56,979 nucleotides of DNA, taken from positions 96,090,126 to 96,147,104 of the forward strand of contig NC_068986.1 in the NCBI RefSeq assembly GCF_001194135.2, given 5' to 3'. The position numbers were made by a program, and so were the translations under genes. A model generated the notes under the pieces. It was not told where the DNA came from. It did no database searches and worked only from the letters and a program-made list of their open reading frames with translations. Positions 11,473 to 23,477 of the stretch are shown here, piece by piece. Each line of letters starts with the position of its first letter. Positions within the stretch are counted from its first letter, which is position 1. The DNA comes from Octopus bimaculoides (lineage: Eukaryota).

Positions 11473-12688
11473 GCCCTGCTCAGTATGTAGAAAAGGAGTA
11501 GGTAGTAACTCTATAAGATGTACCCGGTGCAAGCTATGGACACATAAGAGGTGCAGCAACATCAAAGGCAGGTTAACTAGCAAGTTAGTTTTTGTTTGTG
11601 GCAGATGTTCAGGTGCAATAAAGACTGTAAACAAACAGGAAATAACTTCTATCTCATNNNNNNNNNNNNNNNNNNNNNNNNNNNNNNNNNNNNNNNNNNN
11701 NNNNNNNNNNNNNNNNNNNNNNNNNNNNNNNNNNNNNNNNNNNNNNNNNNNNNNNNNNNNNNNNNNNNNNNNNNNNNNNNNNNNNNNNNNNNNNNNNNNN
11801 NNNNNNNNNNNNNNNNNNNNNNNNNNNNNNNNNNNNNNNNNNNNNNNNNNNNNNNNNNNNNNNNNNNNNNNNNNNNNNNNNNNNNNNNNNNNNNNNNNNN
11901 NNNNNNNNNNNNNNNNNNNNNNNNNNNNNNNNNNNNNNNNNNNNNNNNNNNNNNNNNNNNNNNNNNNNNNNNNNNNNNNNNNNNNNNNNNNNNNNNNNNN
12001 NNNNNNNNNNNNNNNNNNNNNNNNNNNNNNNNNNNNNNNNNNNNNNNNNNNNNNNNNNNNNNNNNNNNNNNNNNNNNNNNNNNNNNNNNNNNNNNNNNNN
12101 NNNNNNNNNNNNNNNNNNNNNNNNNNNNNNNNNNNNNNNNNNNNNNNNNNNNNNNNNNNNNNNNNNNNNNNNNNNNNNNNNNNNNNNNNNNNNNNNNNNN
12201 NNNNNNNNNNNNNNNNNNNNNNNNNNNNNNNNNNNNNNNNNNNNNNNNNNNNNNNNNNNNNNNNNNNNNNNNNNNNNNNNNNNNNNNNNNNNNNNNNNNN
12301 NNNNNNNNNNNNNNNNNNNNNNNNNNNNNTCTTGTGCGGGTGGCACATAAGATGCACCATTTTGAGCGTGGCCGTTGCCAGTACCGCCTGACTGGCTCCC
12401 GTAGGATTTTCGAGCGAGATCGTTGCCAGTGCCCCTGAACTGGCTTGTGCGGGTGGCACATAAAAGACACCATTTCGAGCGTGGCCGTTTTCGTGCGGGT
12501 GACACGTAAAAGCACCCACTACACTCTCTGAGTGGTTGGCGTTAGGAAGGGCATCCAGCTGTAGAAACTCTGCCAAATTAGACTGGAGCCTGGTGTTGCC
12601 ATCCAGTTTCACCAGTCCTCAGTCAAATCGTCCAACCCATGCTAGCATGGAAAGCGGACGTTAAACGATGATGATGATGATGATGATG
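11473..12688 (+). mobile_element. 5'-truncated RTE/RTEX-type LINE with Cys/His finger and (GAT)n tail
   Basis: ORF WPCSVCRKGVGSNSIRCTRCKLWTHKRCSNIKGRL…FVCGRCSG. The 3' UTR carries an internal GTGCGGGTGGCACATAA repeat three times. TSD TTCAATGTG at 11464-11472 and 12689-12697. The middle is an N gap. Confidence 0.85.
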
Positions 12689-12941
12689 TTCAATGTGTTG
12701 TCAAATTACTCAATCTGTTACCTGTGTAACTGGTCAGTTGATTACCTATGTGGCCACTCCGTTTGTTACTTATGTATCTGCTCAGTGACTACTAAGTAGC
12801 TACTCAGCTTGTTATTTATGAGACTGGTCAGCCCATTATTTAAGTGGCTGTTCAGTCTTTTAGAAGCATCACTGTATCTGTTTAGTGATAGAGTTATTCA
12901 AATCTGTCAAATATGTAGCTGTTCAGTTTGTCATATGTATA

Positions 12942-13158
12942 CGAGGAGGTGCAGAAAGGTTCTTGGCTTTGGGTAAAAGAAAATACAGGAGGATCAATTA
13001 ATTATGATTTTATTCAACATGTTCCCCTCTCAGATTTACACACTTATTGCAGTGGTCCTTCAGTTTTTCTAAGCCCTGTAAAAGAACTCGAAAGGATAGG
13101 CCTGCAACTAGGCCTCTCATGATACCCTTAAAGCCTAGAACTTTTCAGCACTGCCTCA
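12942..13158. mobile_element. Tc1/mariner-type MITE
   Basis: TA at both ends (12940-41, 13159-60). ~29-bp imperfect TIRs CGAGGAGGTGCAGAAAGGTTCTTGGCTTT / AAAGCCTAGAACTTTTCAGCACTGCCTCA. Confidence 0.85.
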
Positions 13159-13444
13159 TAGTTGCTAAATTTGTTATCTATGTACTGGTCACTCTGTTAT
13201 CTCTACAGCTGCTCAGTTTGCTAGAGGTAGCTATGTAGGTGCTCATTTTGGTATGTATGCAGCTGGTGAGCCTGTTCAATATGATTATGTAGCTACTCAG
13301 TCTAACATAAGTATCAATTCCTCATCATCAGACTCATTTTACATATTGTTTTTAAAATAGAGAAACACACAAGTAATCACATGACTTCAGTGCTAAATCT
13401 TATGCTAGCATGAATGTCACAACATTTCATTTCTGTCATCAACA

Positions 13445-14563
13445 AAGGAGCCTCTATGTGGTTGCTTGAGTAGCTATAAATAGCAGCCAAATTTTCTTCT
13501 CATCTCACACTGCCTTGTTAAAAATGCAAAGTGCATATAAAATAACATAGTCCTAGCTATCCCTAAAAAGACAAGATGGTAACTGTTGGGTGTCTAGAAT
13601 CATAGGCTGTATAATTAGGGTTGACTTGGGGACTAAACAACAACAGGACGATCCCTAATAGCTAGAGTTGACAGACATGCATATTTAATCAACTGCCATT
13701 TGTACTTTGTGTACCATTGTCCTAGCTATCAGTGTAACCAAGGATGACAAGCAACTTATTTCAACAATCGATTATGGAACCCCTCTGCTAAAAATCGACC
13801 TGCTAAAAATAGAAGCCAAATTTCTTTCAAAGGATGATCTATTATCTTAAAGTGGGGAGAACACATAGGGTAGGGTACTGTGACATAGACACATAGGACC
13901 TTAATAAATATATGGATGGGATGAACCTAGATGCGCTACATTTTATCATAGGCCTACCCAATGAAGTCTGACCTGTGGGTAAACCAGCAATAGAATCTAA
14001 AGCAGCAAATTAGAGACCAGCAAAAAATAGCAGCCAAATCTCCCTCAAATTACACTCTGCTGTCTCGAATACAGGAGAGTTAGTGGGGTCATGACAAGAA
14101 AGTTGGTAAACATAGGCTTGGTGGATTGGAACAACAACAACAAAACCTAAAACTGTCATCACGACTACTGTATGCAGACCCACTGCTGCAGTGTTGCTGT
14201 CATCAGCAGCAGTGCAGTAGACACTGCTGGTACTACTACTACTGATGTTGATGATGGTGGTGGTGGTGATGGTGATACTGCTGCTGCTGCTACTGTTGCT
14301 GTTGCTGTTATTGGTTAATGTTGATAAATCTTCTGCTGCAGTTCATACATTCAACATCACTGACTGAATGTGACATATAACCTGGAAAACATATACATCC
14401 ATACATAAACACACACACACACACACACACACACATGCACACACACACACACACACTGAGTACATACATATTTACATACATACACACACACATGTACACA
14501 TGCATACAAACATACATACACATGTAGATATAAATATATACACTCATCTCATCTCATTATATA

Positions 14564-14602
<39 letters not shown>

Positions 14603-14956
14603 NNNNNNNNNNNNNNNNNNNNNNNNNNNNNNNNNNNNNNNNNNNNNNNNNNNNNNNNNNNNNNNNNNNNNNNNNNNNNNNNNNNNNNNNNNNNNNNNNN
14701 NNNNNNNNNNNNNNNNNNNNNNNNNNNNNNNNNNNNNNNNNNNNNNNNNNNNNNNNNNNNNNNNNNNNNNNNNNNNNNNNNNNNNNNNNNNNNNNNNNNN
14801 NNNNNNNNNNNNNNNNNNNNNNNNNNNNNNNNNNNNNNNNNNNNNNNNNNNNNNNNNNNNNNNNNNNNNNNNNNNNNNNNNNNNNNNNNNNNNNNNNNNN
14901 NNNNNNNNNNNNNNNNNNNNNNNNNNNNNNNNNNNNNNNNNNNNNNNNNNNNNNNN

Positions 14957-15011
<55 letters not shown>

Positions 15012-15510
15012 TATGCAAATGCACACCTGCATAGACAGGCACATATATACATACATATACACACATACATTCATTATTTCTACACTTTTAAGCACACACA
15101 CATACATGTACACATTAAACTCCATATATATATCACAAGACACACAGAATACACACTCCTAAACATTCACTGCAAAGCATACACATACATAACCACCACA
15201 GTTTTACAACACACATGCACGTACATACATATACACACACATACACACACATGCACACACACACACACACACATACGCACACACTGACTCACTGATTAGC
15301 ACTGCATCAACATATACACCTACACACACATAACTGTTGACTAACCATGAAGCCTTTGTATTGTTGGTTGACCTGTTAAAAATAGCAGCTAAATTTCCCT
15401 CAAATCACACCCTTACTGTCTTGGACAATGTAATCACAGGGGTGTTTCTGGCTGGGTTGTCTTTCAGCATTGGTCAAGCTTAACCTGGGGCTAAACAAAA
15501 CAATACCTAT
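13445..15510 (+). mobile_element. Cluster of ~200-bp (AAC)n-tailed repeats (13445-13645, 13780-14000, 14020-14150, 15350-15510; also 10460-10820)
   Basis: Shared AAATAGCAGCCAAAT(C/T)TCCCTCAAAT…ACAC…CTG… head and …GGGGCTAAACAACAAC tail; reverse copies at 16690-16770 and 46700-47000. Confidence 0.7.
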
Positions 15511-15570
15511 CACAAATTCACTACACACACACACACACACCACACAGACATACATACATGCCCACATACA

Positions 15571-15615
<45 letters not shown>

Positions 15616-15629
15616 CTGATTTGCTACTT

Positions 15630-16160
15630 GCGATGATGATGTTTGTGGTGATGATGTTTGTAGTGATGATGGTGGTTGGGGTAGTGCTGCTTGTGGTGGT
15701 GGTGACTGTTGTTGTTGCAATAGTTGTGGTGGTCATAATTGTGGAGGCTGTGTGAAGATAATGGTGGGTGTTGTTGTCACGGTTGTCGTGGGTGGTTTAT
15801 TTTTTGAGGTTGTCGTGGTGGTAGTGGTGATGGTGAAGCCAACAGTGGCAGTAGCTATTGTAGTGGCAATGTTTGTTGTAGTAGTAGTAGAGGTGGTAGT
15901 TGTTGTAGAGGTGGTGACAGTTGGAGTAGTGGTTGTGATGAGAGATCTGTTGCAGTACGGGTAGTTGTCAATGTAGTAATGAAGTTGATGGTGGTAGTTG
16001 TCATAATGATGAGGGTAGCTGTTGTGGTGTTAGTGGTAGTTGTAGGGTGGTGGTGGTGGTGGTAGTTGCTGTAGTGGTGACGGTAGTCGTAGAGGTGGTT
16101 GTTTTTTGAAGTGGGTGTAGTAATGATTGTTATAAGGATAGCAGCAGCAGCAGCAGCAAC

Positions 16161-16215
<55 letters not shown>

Positions 16216-16495
16216 ATAATAGTAGTAGTAGTAGTAGTAGTAGTAGTTNNNNNNNNNNNNNNNNNNNNNNNNNNNNNNNNNNNNNNNNNNNNNNNNNNNN
16301 NNNNNNNNNNNNNNNNNNNNNNNNNNNNNNNNNNNNNNNNNNNNNNNNNNNNNNNNNNNNNNNNNNNNNNNNNNNNNNNNNNNNNNNNNNNNNNNNNNNN
16401 NNNNNNNNNNNNNNNNNNNNNNNNNNNNNNNNNNNNNNNNNNNNNNNNNNNNNNNNNNNNNNNNNNNNNNNNATAGCAGCAGCAGCAGCAGCAAC

Positions 16496-16550
<55 letters not shown>

Positions 16551-16580
16551 ATAATAGTAGTAGTAGTAGTAGTAGTAGTA
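15630..16580. repeat. Imperfect (GTA/GTG/GTT)n trinucleotide low-complexity tract
   Basis: Directly visible; includes (GTA)n blocks either side of an N gap. Confidence 0.9.
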
Positions 16581-16893
16581 GTTCTTGTTCAACACTAGGT
16601 TATTGTTGATTGAAGACGTTCTAGCGATGATCATCCTATCTTTTGATATATCCATGACTACACTGTCCAATGTGTCCTAATGAGTCATGATTTTGAGGGA
16701 GACTTGACTGCTATTTCTAACAGGTCAAAGAGTTGCATAGAGGCTCAATCACTTGCTTAAAGTAGCAGCAGCAGCAGCAACAGTGTTGGTTGAGTGTCAT
16801 TAGGATGTGGTCCCAGTTTCATTTTCCATATCTTCTTTAATGTAATTGATACCATTAGGAAAAAGCATGAACATCTCAACATCCCACATATCT

Positions 16894-17120
16894 TATTTCT
16901 TTACTGCCCACAAGGGGGCTACACACAGAGGGGACAAACAAGGACAGACAAACAGATTAAGTCGATTATATCGACCCCAGTGCGTAACTGGTATTTATTT
17001 AATCGATCCCAAAAGGATGAAAGGCAAAGTTAAACCTCAGTGGAATTTGAACTCAGAACGTAACGGCAGATGAAATACCGCTAAGCATTTCTCCCAGCGC
17101 GCTAACGTTTCTGCCAGCTC
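16894..17120 (-). mobile_element. tRNA-derived SINE family B with 15-bp TSD
   Basis: TSD ACATCCCACATATCT at 16879-16893 and 17121-17135. Head GAGCTGGCAGAAACGTTAGC, B-box GAGTTCAAATTCC, central GCCTTTCATCCTTTTGGGATCGATTAAATAAATACCAG (Meta/LF-SINE-like domain, from memory). Confidence 0.9.
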
Positions 17121-17509
17121 ACATCCCACATATCTGTTATCAAATAGACCAGACATGGTAGATTTAGTTTAATTTCTGTTTTCTCAGTTCATATCTCAAA
17201 GAGCTCCATTTTGTTTTTTTATCCCTCTAAGGTCAGCAAAAAGAAGTATTTATCAAAATATATTGGTTAATTTACTTGACTGTATCAAAATTAGCAATGG
17301 ATGATAGAATCGTCAGTGTGATGTACCAAATTTTATGCTGTATTTAGCTATGGGTTTATGTGTTCTGAGTTCATATCCAGTTGAAGTCAACTTCACCTTT
17401 GCTCTTGTATCTCAGGTTAAGTAAAGGAGTTTAATTTAATTGACAATAAACTTACTGTAAATTTGTACTTCATCATCATCATTTTAATGTCCACTTTTCC
17501 ATGTAAATT

Positions 17510-17760
17510 TGTACTTCATCATCATCATCATCATTTAATGTCCACTTTTCCATGCTCACACGGGTCGGACAGAATTTGTCAAGATGGATTTTCTATGGCA
17601 GGCTGCCTTTCCTGTCACCAACCCTCACTTGTCACCAAATAAGGTAATATTTCCCTTTGACCAGACATGTTTTCATAGAATGCTGGAAATGAAGGACACC
17701 ACTTGAATGACAATGACACTCATTTACAACTCTCATGCAATGTTAACGCAAGGAATCGCT

Positions 17761-17798
<38 letters not shown>

Positions 17799-18045
17799 TA
17801 CACACATGCATATACACGTACACATACTCATACGCACACATATGTACATACCCACATTCATGCACACACACACACACACCCATAAACATACAATGGATTT
17901 TTTTAAAGTTTCTGTTCACCAAATCCTCTCATAAGGCTTTGGTCATCCCAAAGCTGAAGCATTTCCCAAGGCGCCACTCAATGGGTTTGAACCTAGAATC
18001 ATGTGGCTGAGAAGCAAATGGCTTTCCACACAACTACACCTGCAC
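17510..18045 (-). mobile_element. Composite SINE: family-A-like head, (GT)n, RTE-type tail
   Basis: Head resembles family A; tail ends AGCATGGAAAAGTGGACATTAAATGATGATG like the LINE end. Confidence 0.75.
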
Positions 18046-18059
18046 CTTGTCTTAGAAAT

Positions 18060-18675
18060 TGTGAATTGGCAGAATTATTGAAACAGTGGACAAAAGCTTT
18101 GTAGTATTTAATTCCATCATCTTACCTATTGCGTTCAGATCCCATCAAGGTCATTTTGCCTTTCATTCTATTTCCAGTCAAGTATTAGGGCTGACTTAAT
18201 TGACAACAATCTTCCTATAAATTTCTGGCCTTATGTCTTGGTAAGCAGTGAATTGGCAGAAGAATGAAAGTGTTAAACAAAATGCTTTGTGGTGTTTGTT
18301 CCATCCATTTACATTCTAAGTTCAAACCCTGTTAAAGTCAGTTTTACCATTCATCTTTATCGGGATCTATAAATAAAGCACCAATCAAATACTGGAATCA
18401 GTTTAATCAACCAAGCCTCTCCTCAAAATTGTTGGTCATATGCCTTGGAAGGCAGTGAATTGGAAGCATTGTTAGAACATCAGACAAAATACCTTCAGAT
18501 ATTTAGCTCTGATACTTTATGATCTAAGTTCAAATCCAGCTGAGGTCAATGTTGTCTTTTATCCTTCCAGGACTGATAAAAATGAAGTACCAGCCAATTA
18601 GTTGGTTCAGTGATGTTGGCTAACTCCCCACCACCCAAAATTGATGACCTTGTGCCTAAATTAAAAACCATTTCA
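18060..18675 (+). mobile_element. Three head-to-tail degraded family B SINEs
   Basis: GTGAATTGG(C)AGAA heads at ~18060, 18246 and 18455, each followed by GTTCA(A/G)A…GGTCA…TTTCAT…AAGTACCAG-like blocks. Confidence 0.8.
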
Positions 18676-20929
18676 TCATCATCATCATCATCATCATTAT
18701 TCTTTTTGTTCACTCAGCATTTCATTGTTATTTTGCTAGTATTAGATTACTGGATATCAAGCTACAGCCAACAAATTTAGGTGTCTAGCAACTTTCTTAT
18801 GGTCCTTGCTGTGCCAAGAAAGCAGGCTTTCTATAGAGTCAAGAAATTCATCTCAATATCCAACATCTTCAACCGACCACTTAAACCTTCTTGTAACTGT
18901 TCCTAAGGATTCTATTGCAATTGGGATAAAGACAACTTAATGGCAATTTCAGATTCTCTGAAGTTTGTGTTTTAGATCCTGGTACTTTTGTTTCCCTCAC
19001 GTTCTTTATCTAAAACTCTTCTGTCAAATGGGCAAGCAACATCAGTTAATACATTCTTTCCTTTTCATTTAGTGTGACAATATCTTGGTTCAAAGTTCTG
19101 GTTGCCTATGGAATTCTCATATTCCAAAGTAGTCTTCCATGTTTTTTTCAAGGATGTGTTCCATTTTAATGGTCATACTTTTTTCCACACATTCACATCA
19201 AAATATTTTACAGATTTGCTAATGTATGAATGTAGCAACTTTGTCATGTTTCCATTTCTTTTAAACCCTCTGAACAATCATTTTGTATTCAGAGAGGTTA
19301 CATGCATAATTGTATCTTCTTTTTCACCACATAGTCTGCATGCAACCAAAATGTCCTCCTTATCTAAATTCTTCTGTGATGTATTCTATTTCGATTGTTT
19401 GATCCAGCACAGCTAGAATCAATCCCTCTATTGTTTTCTTTAAAATTTCCTTCTTTAGTCATTTTAGTGACTTGTAATCGTAATACTCTTTAGTGCTTTA
19501 AAAAACAATTTTCCACATAAATTTTCTGTTCACATTGTTGCATTCTGCATATGTAAACTTCACCTTTTACCTTCTTCTTGCAAATACCCACTCTTCTCTT
19601 ACAACTATCAGCAATACCTCGTTACAATTAGCAACATACTTTCTTGAACTTTCTATCGTTACTTTCACACAGTCTTCTACACTTATCAGTCCTCTTCCTC
19701 TGTCCTTTCTTTTAAAACATAATCTGTCAACATCTGCCTGTGGGTGCAATGTTCTGTGTATTGTCAACAATTTCCTTGTTTTTCTATCTAACTTCTTAAG
19801 ATCTTCTGTTGTTCATTTGATTATACTGGCACTGTATCTAATGATGGATACTGTTCTAGTGTTTGTGGCAAAGATGGTATTTATGCCATTCAGTTTGGAT
19901 TTTAATATCCTCTTAACCCTTTAGAAATATTTTCTCCTGATTTTGTCTTTAATTGTTTTGTTCTATCCTCTATACCATCAGCATCCAAGACTTCCAGATA
20001 TTTATAACCATCATCTTTATTAATTTGCTGTATCAATTGCTCATTCAGTAGATTAATTTCATCACTTTTAATGGTACTTCCTTTTCTTCATTTCAAGTAT
20101 TCCACACTTAGAAATACCAAATTCCAATTTGGTATCACTGCTAAACATTCTCACTGTGAACAAGAGTAGCCAAATCTCTCTCAGCTTTGCCATATAACTT
20201 AAGATCATCCATGAATACTAAATGGTTAACTATTTTTCAGTCTTTTCCTTGGCTATAGCCATCTTTTACATTCCTCAGTTCTAGGAAGAGCTGGATAACA
20301 GCACTGACCAGCAGTAGGGATGACTAGCTATTACCTTGGAAAATAACTTAATATATTTTGACTTTCCCAAGAGGGTTGTCCTTCTGCTGTTAGTTCTGTT
20401 ACCAATTTACATGCTTACTCTTATTTGCAATTTTTAACATTTTGAGTGTCTTAAAAATCCAAGAGTAAGGAACCATGCTACATGCTTTATTAGTAATCAA
20501 CCAACTCATTGCTAAACCAATTCATGGTCTCTTGAAATTATTTATTTATTAATAGTTGGTCTTTGTCCAGCACTCTTTCTGTTCATTGGACAGAAATTTC
20601 TGTTTTTCAAAAAATGGACACATCTTACCCACAAACACACTTGTTAATAATTTCCATATTAGAGATAAAGTTATTGATCTGTAGTTTAAGATCTCAGCAG
20701 TATGTGTCTTTCATTAATGTGTTATCTTACTCTATCCAACTTTCATTCTGAAGGTATTCATTTAATAACTTAATGCCCACCTGGGTGTTATAATGTTCTT
20801 CAGCTAGAAAGCTTTTATTCTGTTTGGCCAAGATACCTTCCAATTAGACAATTTGAAAGCTTATTTTACAACAAACTTTGGAGTGATTATGATATCAACC
20901 TGTTGATCTACATGTTTTAATTTTCTACT

Positions 20930-21208
20930 TGTCGTTGCCAGTGCTGCTGGACTGGCTCCTGTACAGGTGGCACGTAAAAAACACCATTTTGAGCATGGCC
21001 GTTGCCAGTACTGCCTGACTGACCCTCATGCCAGTGGCACGTAAAAGCACCCACTACACTCTCGGAGTGAAGGGCTTGCAGCTGTAGAAACTCTGCCAGA
21101 TCAGATTGGAGCCTGGTGCAGCCATCCGGTTCACCAGTCCTCAGTCAAATCATCCAACCCATGCTATCATGGAAAGCGGATGTTAAATGATGATGATGAT
21201 GACGATGA
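20930..21208 (+). mobile_element. RTE-type 3' end nested in the Dong element
   Basis: Closely similar to 12340-12688; (GAT)n tail. Confidence 0.85.
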
Positions 21209-21798
21209 CTTCTATCTGCCTTTACATAGCGGATACCTTTCCTGCTCCATATATTCCTCCAAAACTTTCTGTATCTGGTATTTCAACATTATGTATTTCT
21301 ACTCTCTTCAAATAATATCTTTTGCTTATTTTGAAACAACCTGTTCTACTGAAACTAATCTATTCTGTTCTCATATCACATTATATTTGCTGTCTGTAAT
21401 GTCACTCTTTGCTTCAGTTTTTCAATTACAACATTTATTTCTCTCTTTTAACATTGTATTTTCTTTCTAAGAGTTTTGATGACTCTTTCATTTTTTTAAT
21501 GCATCTTCTTTACAAATTACAGTAGTTGACTTACTTCTCATCTCAAACTCTTGATATTATTTTAAACTGTCATTTCACCAAGATAAATATTCTTGGTTTA
21601 CCTGCTTTGTAGCCAACCTTTTTTGTTACTACTCCTGTTACAGCCTTATGCAGGTTATTTACTTCCAGGAGAGAGAGAAGTGGAACATATCCTAACACGT
21701 CAGCTTCTTTTGTTTTTTTTTTCCTTTATTTTCTTTCTGTCATACCCTCTTAGGTTGGCTGGCTTCTCATTACTATTTTGTTCAAGTTAGTTAAATAT

Positions 21799-22205
21799 CA
21801 GGAGTGGCTGTGTGGTAAGTAGCTTGCTTACCAACCACATGGTTCCAGGTTCAGTCCCACTGCGTGGTACCTTGGGCAAGTGTCTTCTACAATAGCCTTG
21901 GGCCGACCAAAGCCTTGTGAGTGGATTTGGTAGACGGAAACTGAAAGAAGCCCGTCGTATATATGTATATATATATATGTATGTGCGTGTGTATGTTTGT
22001 GTCTGTGTTTTTCCCCCCACCGTCGCTTGACAACTGATGCTGGTGTGTTTACATCCCTGTAACTTAGCGGTTCGGCAAAAAGAGACTGATAGAATAAGTA
22101 CTAGGCTTACAAAGAATAAGTCCTGGGGTCGATTTCCTTGACTAAAGGCGGTGCTCTAGCATGGCCACAGTCAAATGACTGAAACAAGTAAAAGAGTAAA
22201 AGAGT
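21799..22205 (+). mobile_element. SINE family A nested in the Dong element
   Basis: Full head, microsatellite and tail as at 728-1130. Confidence 0.9.
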
Positions 22206-23264
22206 ATCTTGCTCAATAATCTGATCTCTTTGTCACTCTGACTATCCTACAACATTTTTAATTCCTCTCTACCCATCTCATTCCCTTTTCTAATATGATA
22301 GTTTAAACACTTTCTCTCAGTGTATTTTCTTTACTCACATTACTCACCTATAGTCCTTTTTGGGTTTTTGATTTCCTGTTTAATTTCTCTTATTTCTAGG
22401 TTCGATGGATAGCCATTAGCCTTTACAGAATGTACCTGCTCTGCAAGTTTCAGTCCTGTCATTGGAAACATGCTTATCTCATTTCAAATTCCCAACATTC
22501 TTTGCCTGTATCCTCCTTTATTTGGGTCACTCTTCACCTATAATCTCTCTTTCATCTGATTTGCTTTTTGCCTCTATCCTCTCTTATTTGGTTTACTAGT
22601 GTTATTGTTGTTGTTGTTGTTGATGTTGTTGCTATTGGCATTATTGTGATTAATTTTTTACAATTTGTAATTATGTTAGGTTGTCCTTGTTAGTGACCCC
22701 CTTATCCATTATTGCCCATATGGCAAATACAAAAAAGATGTTATTGTTATCATGATTGGGAAGTAATTAAGGCTGTTGTATTGGCAGAAACATATTAGTT
22801 TTATTGCTTTTGTATCAGAAATTCAAATCTAGAGCCAGCAGTTTATTAACTTTATCCTTCTATAATCATTAAAATACCAGTAATCCACAAGTATTATTTA
22901 ATTGATAACACTTACCTCCCCACTTATTTCCCCTACAACTTCTTGCTTTGTATCTGGTCAAAAGAAATATTAATTTGTCATCAAACAATGGTATTCCAAC
23001 TACAACTATCCTATATTTTATTTTAGTCATTGTACATCTAGTACTACATTATATAATGTGCCTTCCCATCTTTAAGACAGTAAGGTGGGATTTCCTTTTG
23101 TTGGCTGTTATTTCAAGAAGGTTGAATGATCCACAGAGGTAAAAATGGTGAAGCATCAAACTAAATACTTTACATTACTTAGTTTTATCACTTCCTATAT
23201 TCTGGGTTCAAATATCACTGACAATAACTAACATCCTTCTGGAGTTAATAAATCCATGCTGTGG

Positions 23265-23436
23265 GTGCAGACATAGACATGGGGGGTAAGGAGTTTATTG
23301 TGTAACTGAACCTGAAATACATAGTTTCAGGTTCAGTTCCAATGTGTCGTGCCTCAGGTAAATGTCTTCTGCTAAACCTTCAGACCAAGCAAAATCTTGG
23401 AAGTGGATTTAGTAGACAGAAACTAAAAGAAGCTTG

Positions 23437-23477
<41 letters not shown>

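Larger units (their letters stand above)
10880..13310. repeat. Degenerate 24-bp minisatellite with two nested insertions
   Basis: Approximate unit GCTCAGTCTGTTATCTATGTAGCT, recurring at 10880-11470 and 12690-13310. Confidence 0.8.
18700..22750 (-). mobile_element. Near full-length decayed R4/Dong-clade non-LTR retrotransposon (RT, CCHC, REL endonuclease)
   Basis: The minus strand gives GYRQRM, LAEQVHSVKANG, NLAMSWLI…KA…MVPYSWI, IFQG, VNHLVFMDDLKLY (~20200-20230), LTIHRTLHPQADVDRLCFKRKDRGRGLISVEDCV, CRLCGEK…HVTSE…KHDKV, DVACPFD, QKACFLGTARTIRKLL. Many stops. Confidence 0.9.

Noticed and set aside
10880-13310. CRISPR-like regular repeats
   Set aside because: Units are contiguous and degenerate with no unique spacers, the context is eukaryotic, and there are no cas genes.
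16138-16580. Direct repeat of the (GCA)n-(GTA)n block around the gap
   Set aside because: Near-identical sequence, including the AATAAT interruption, on both sides of Ns suggests unmerged overlapping contigs.
15521-16670. Mucin-like poly-Thr/Val/Tyr ORFs
   Set aside because: Trinucleotide low complexity is open in several frames on both strands, with no flanking domain or splice context.
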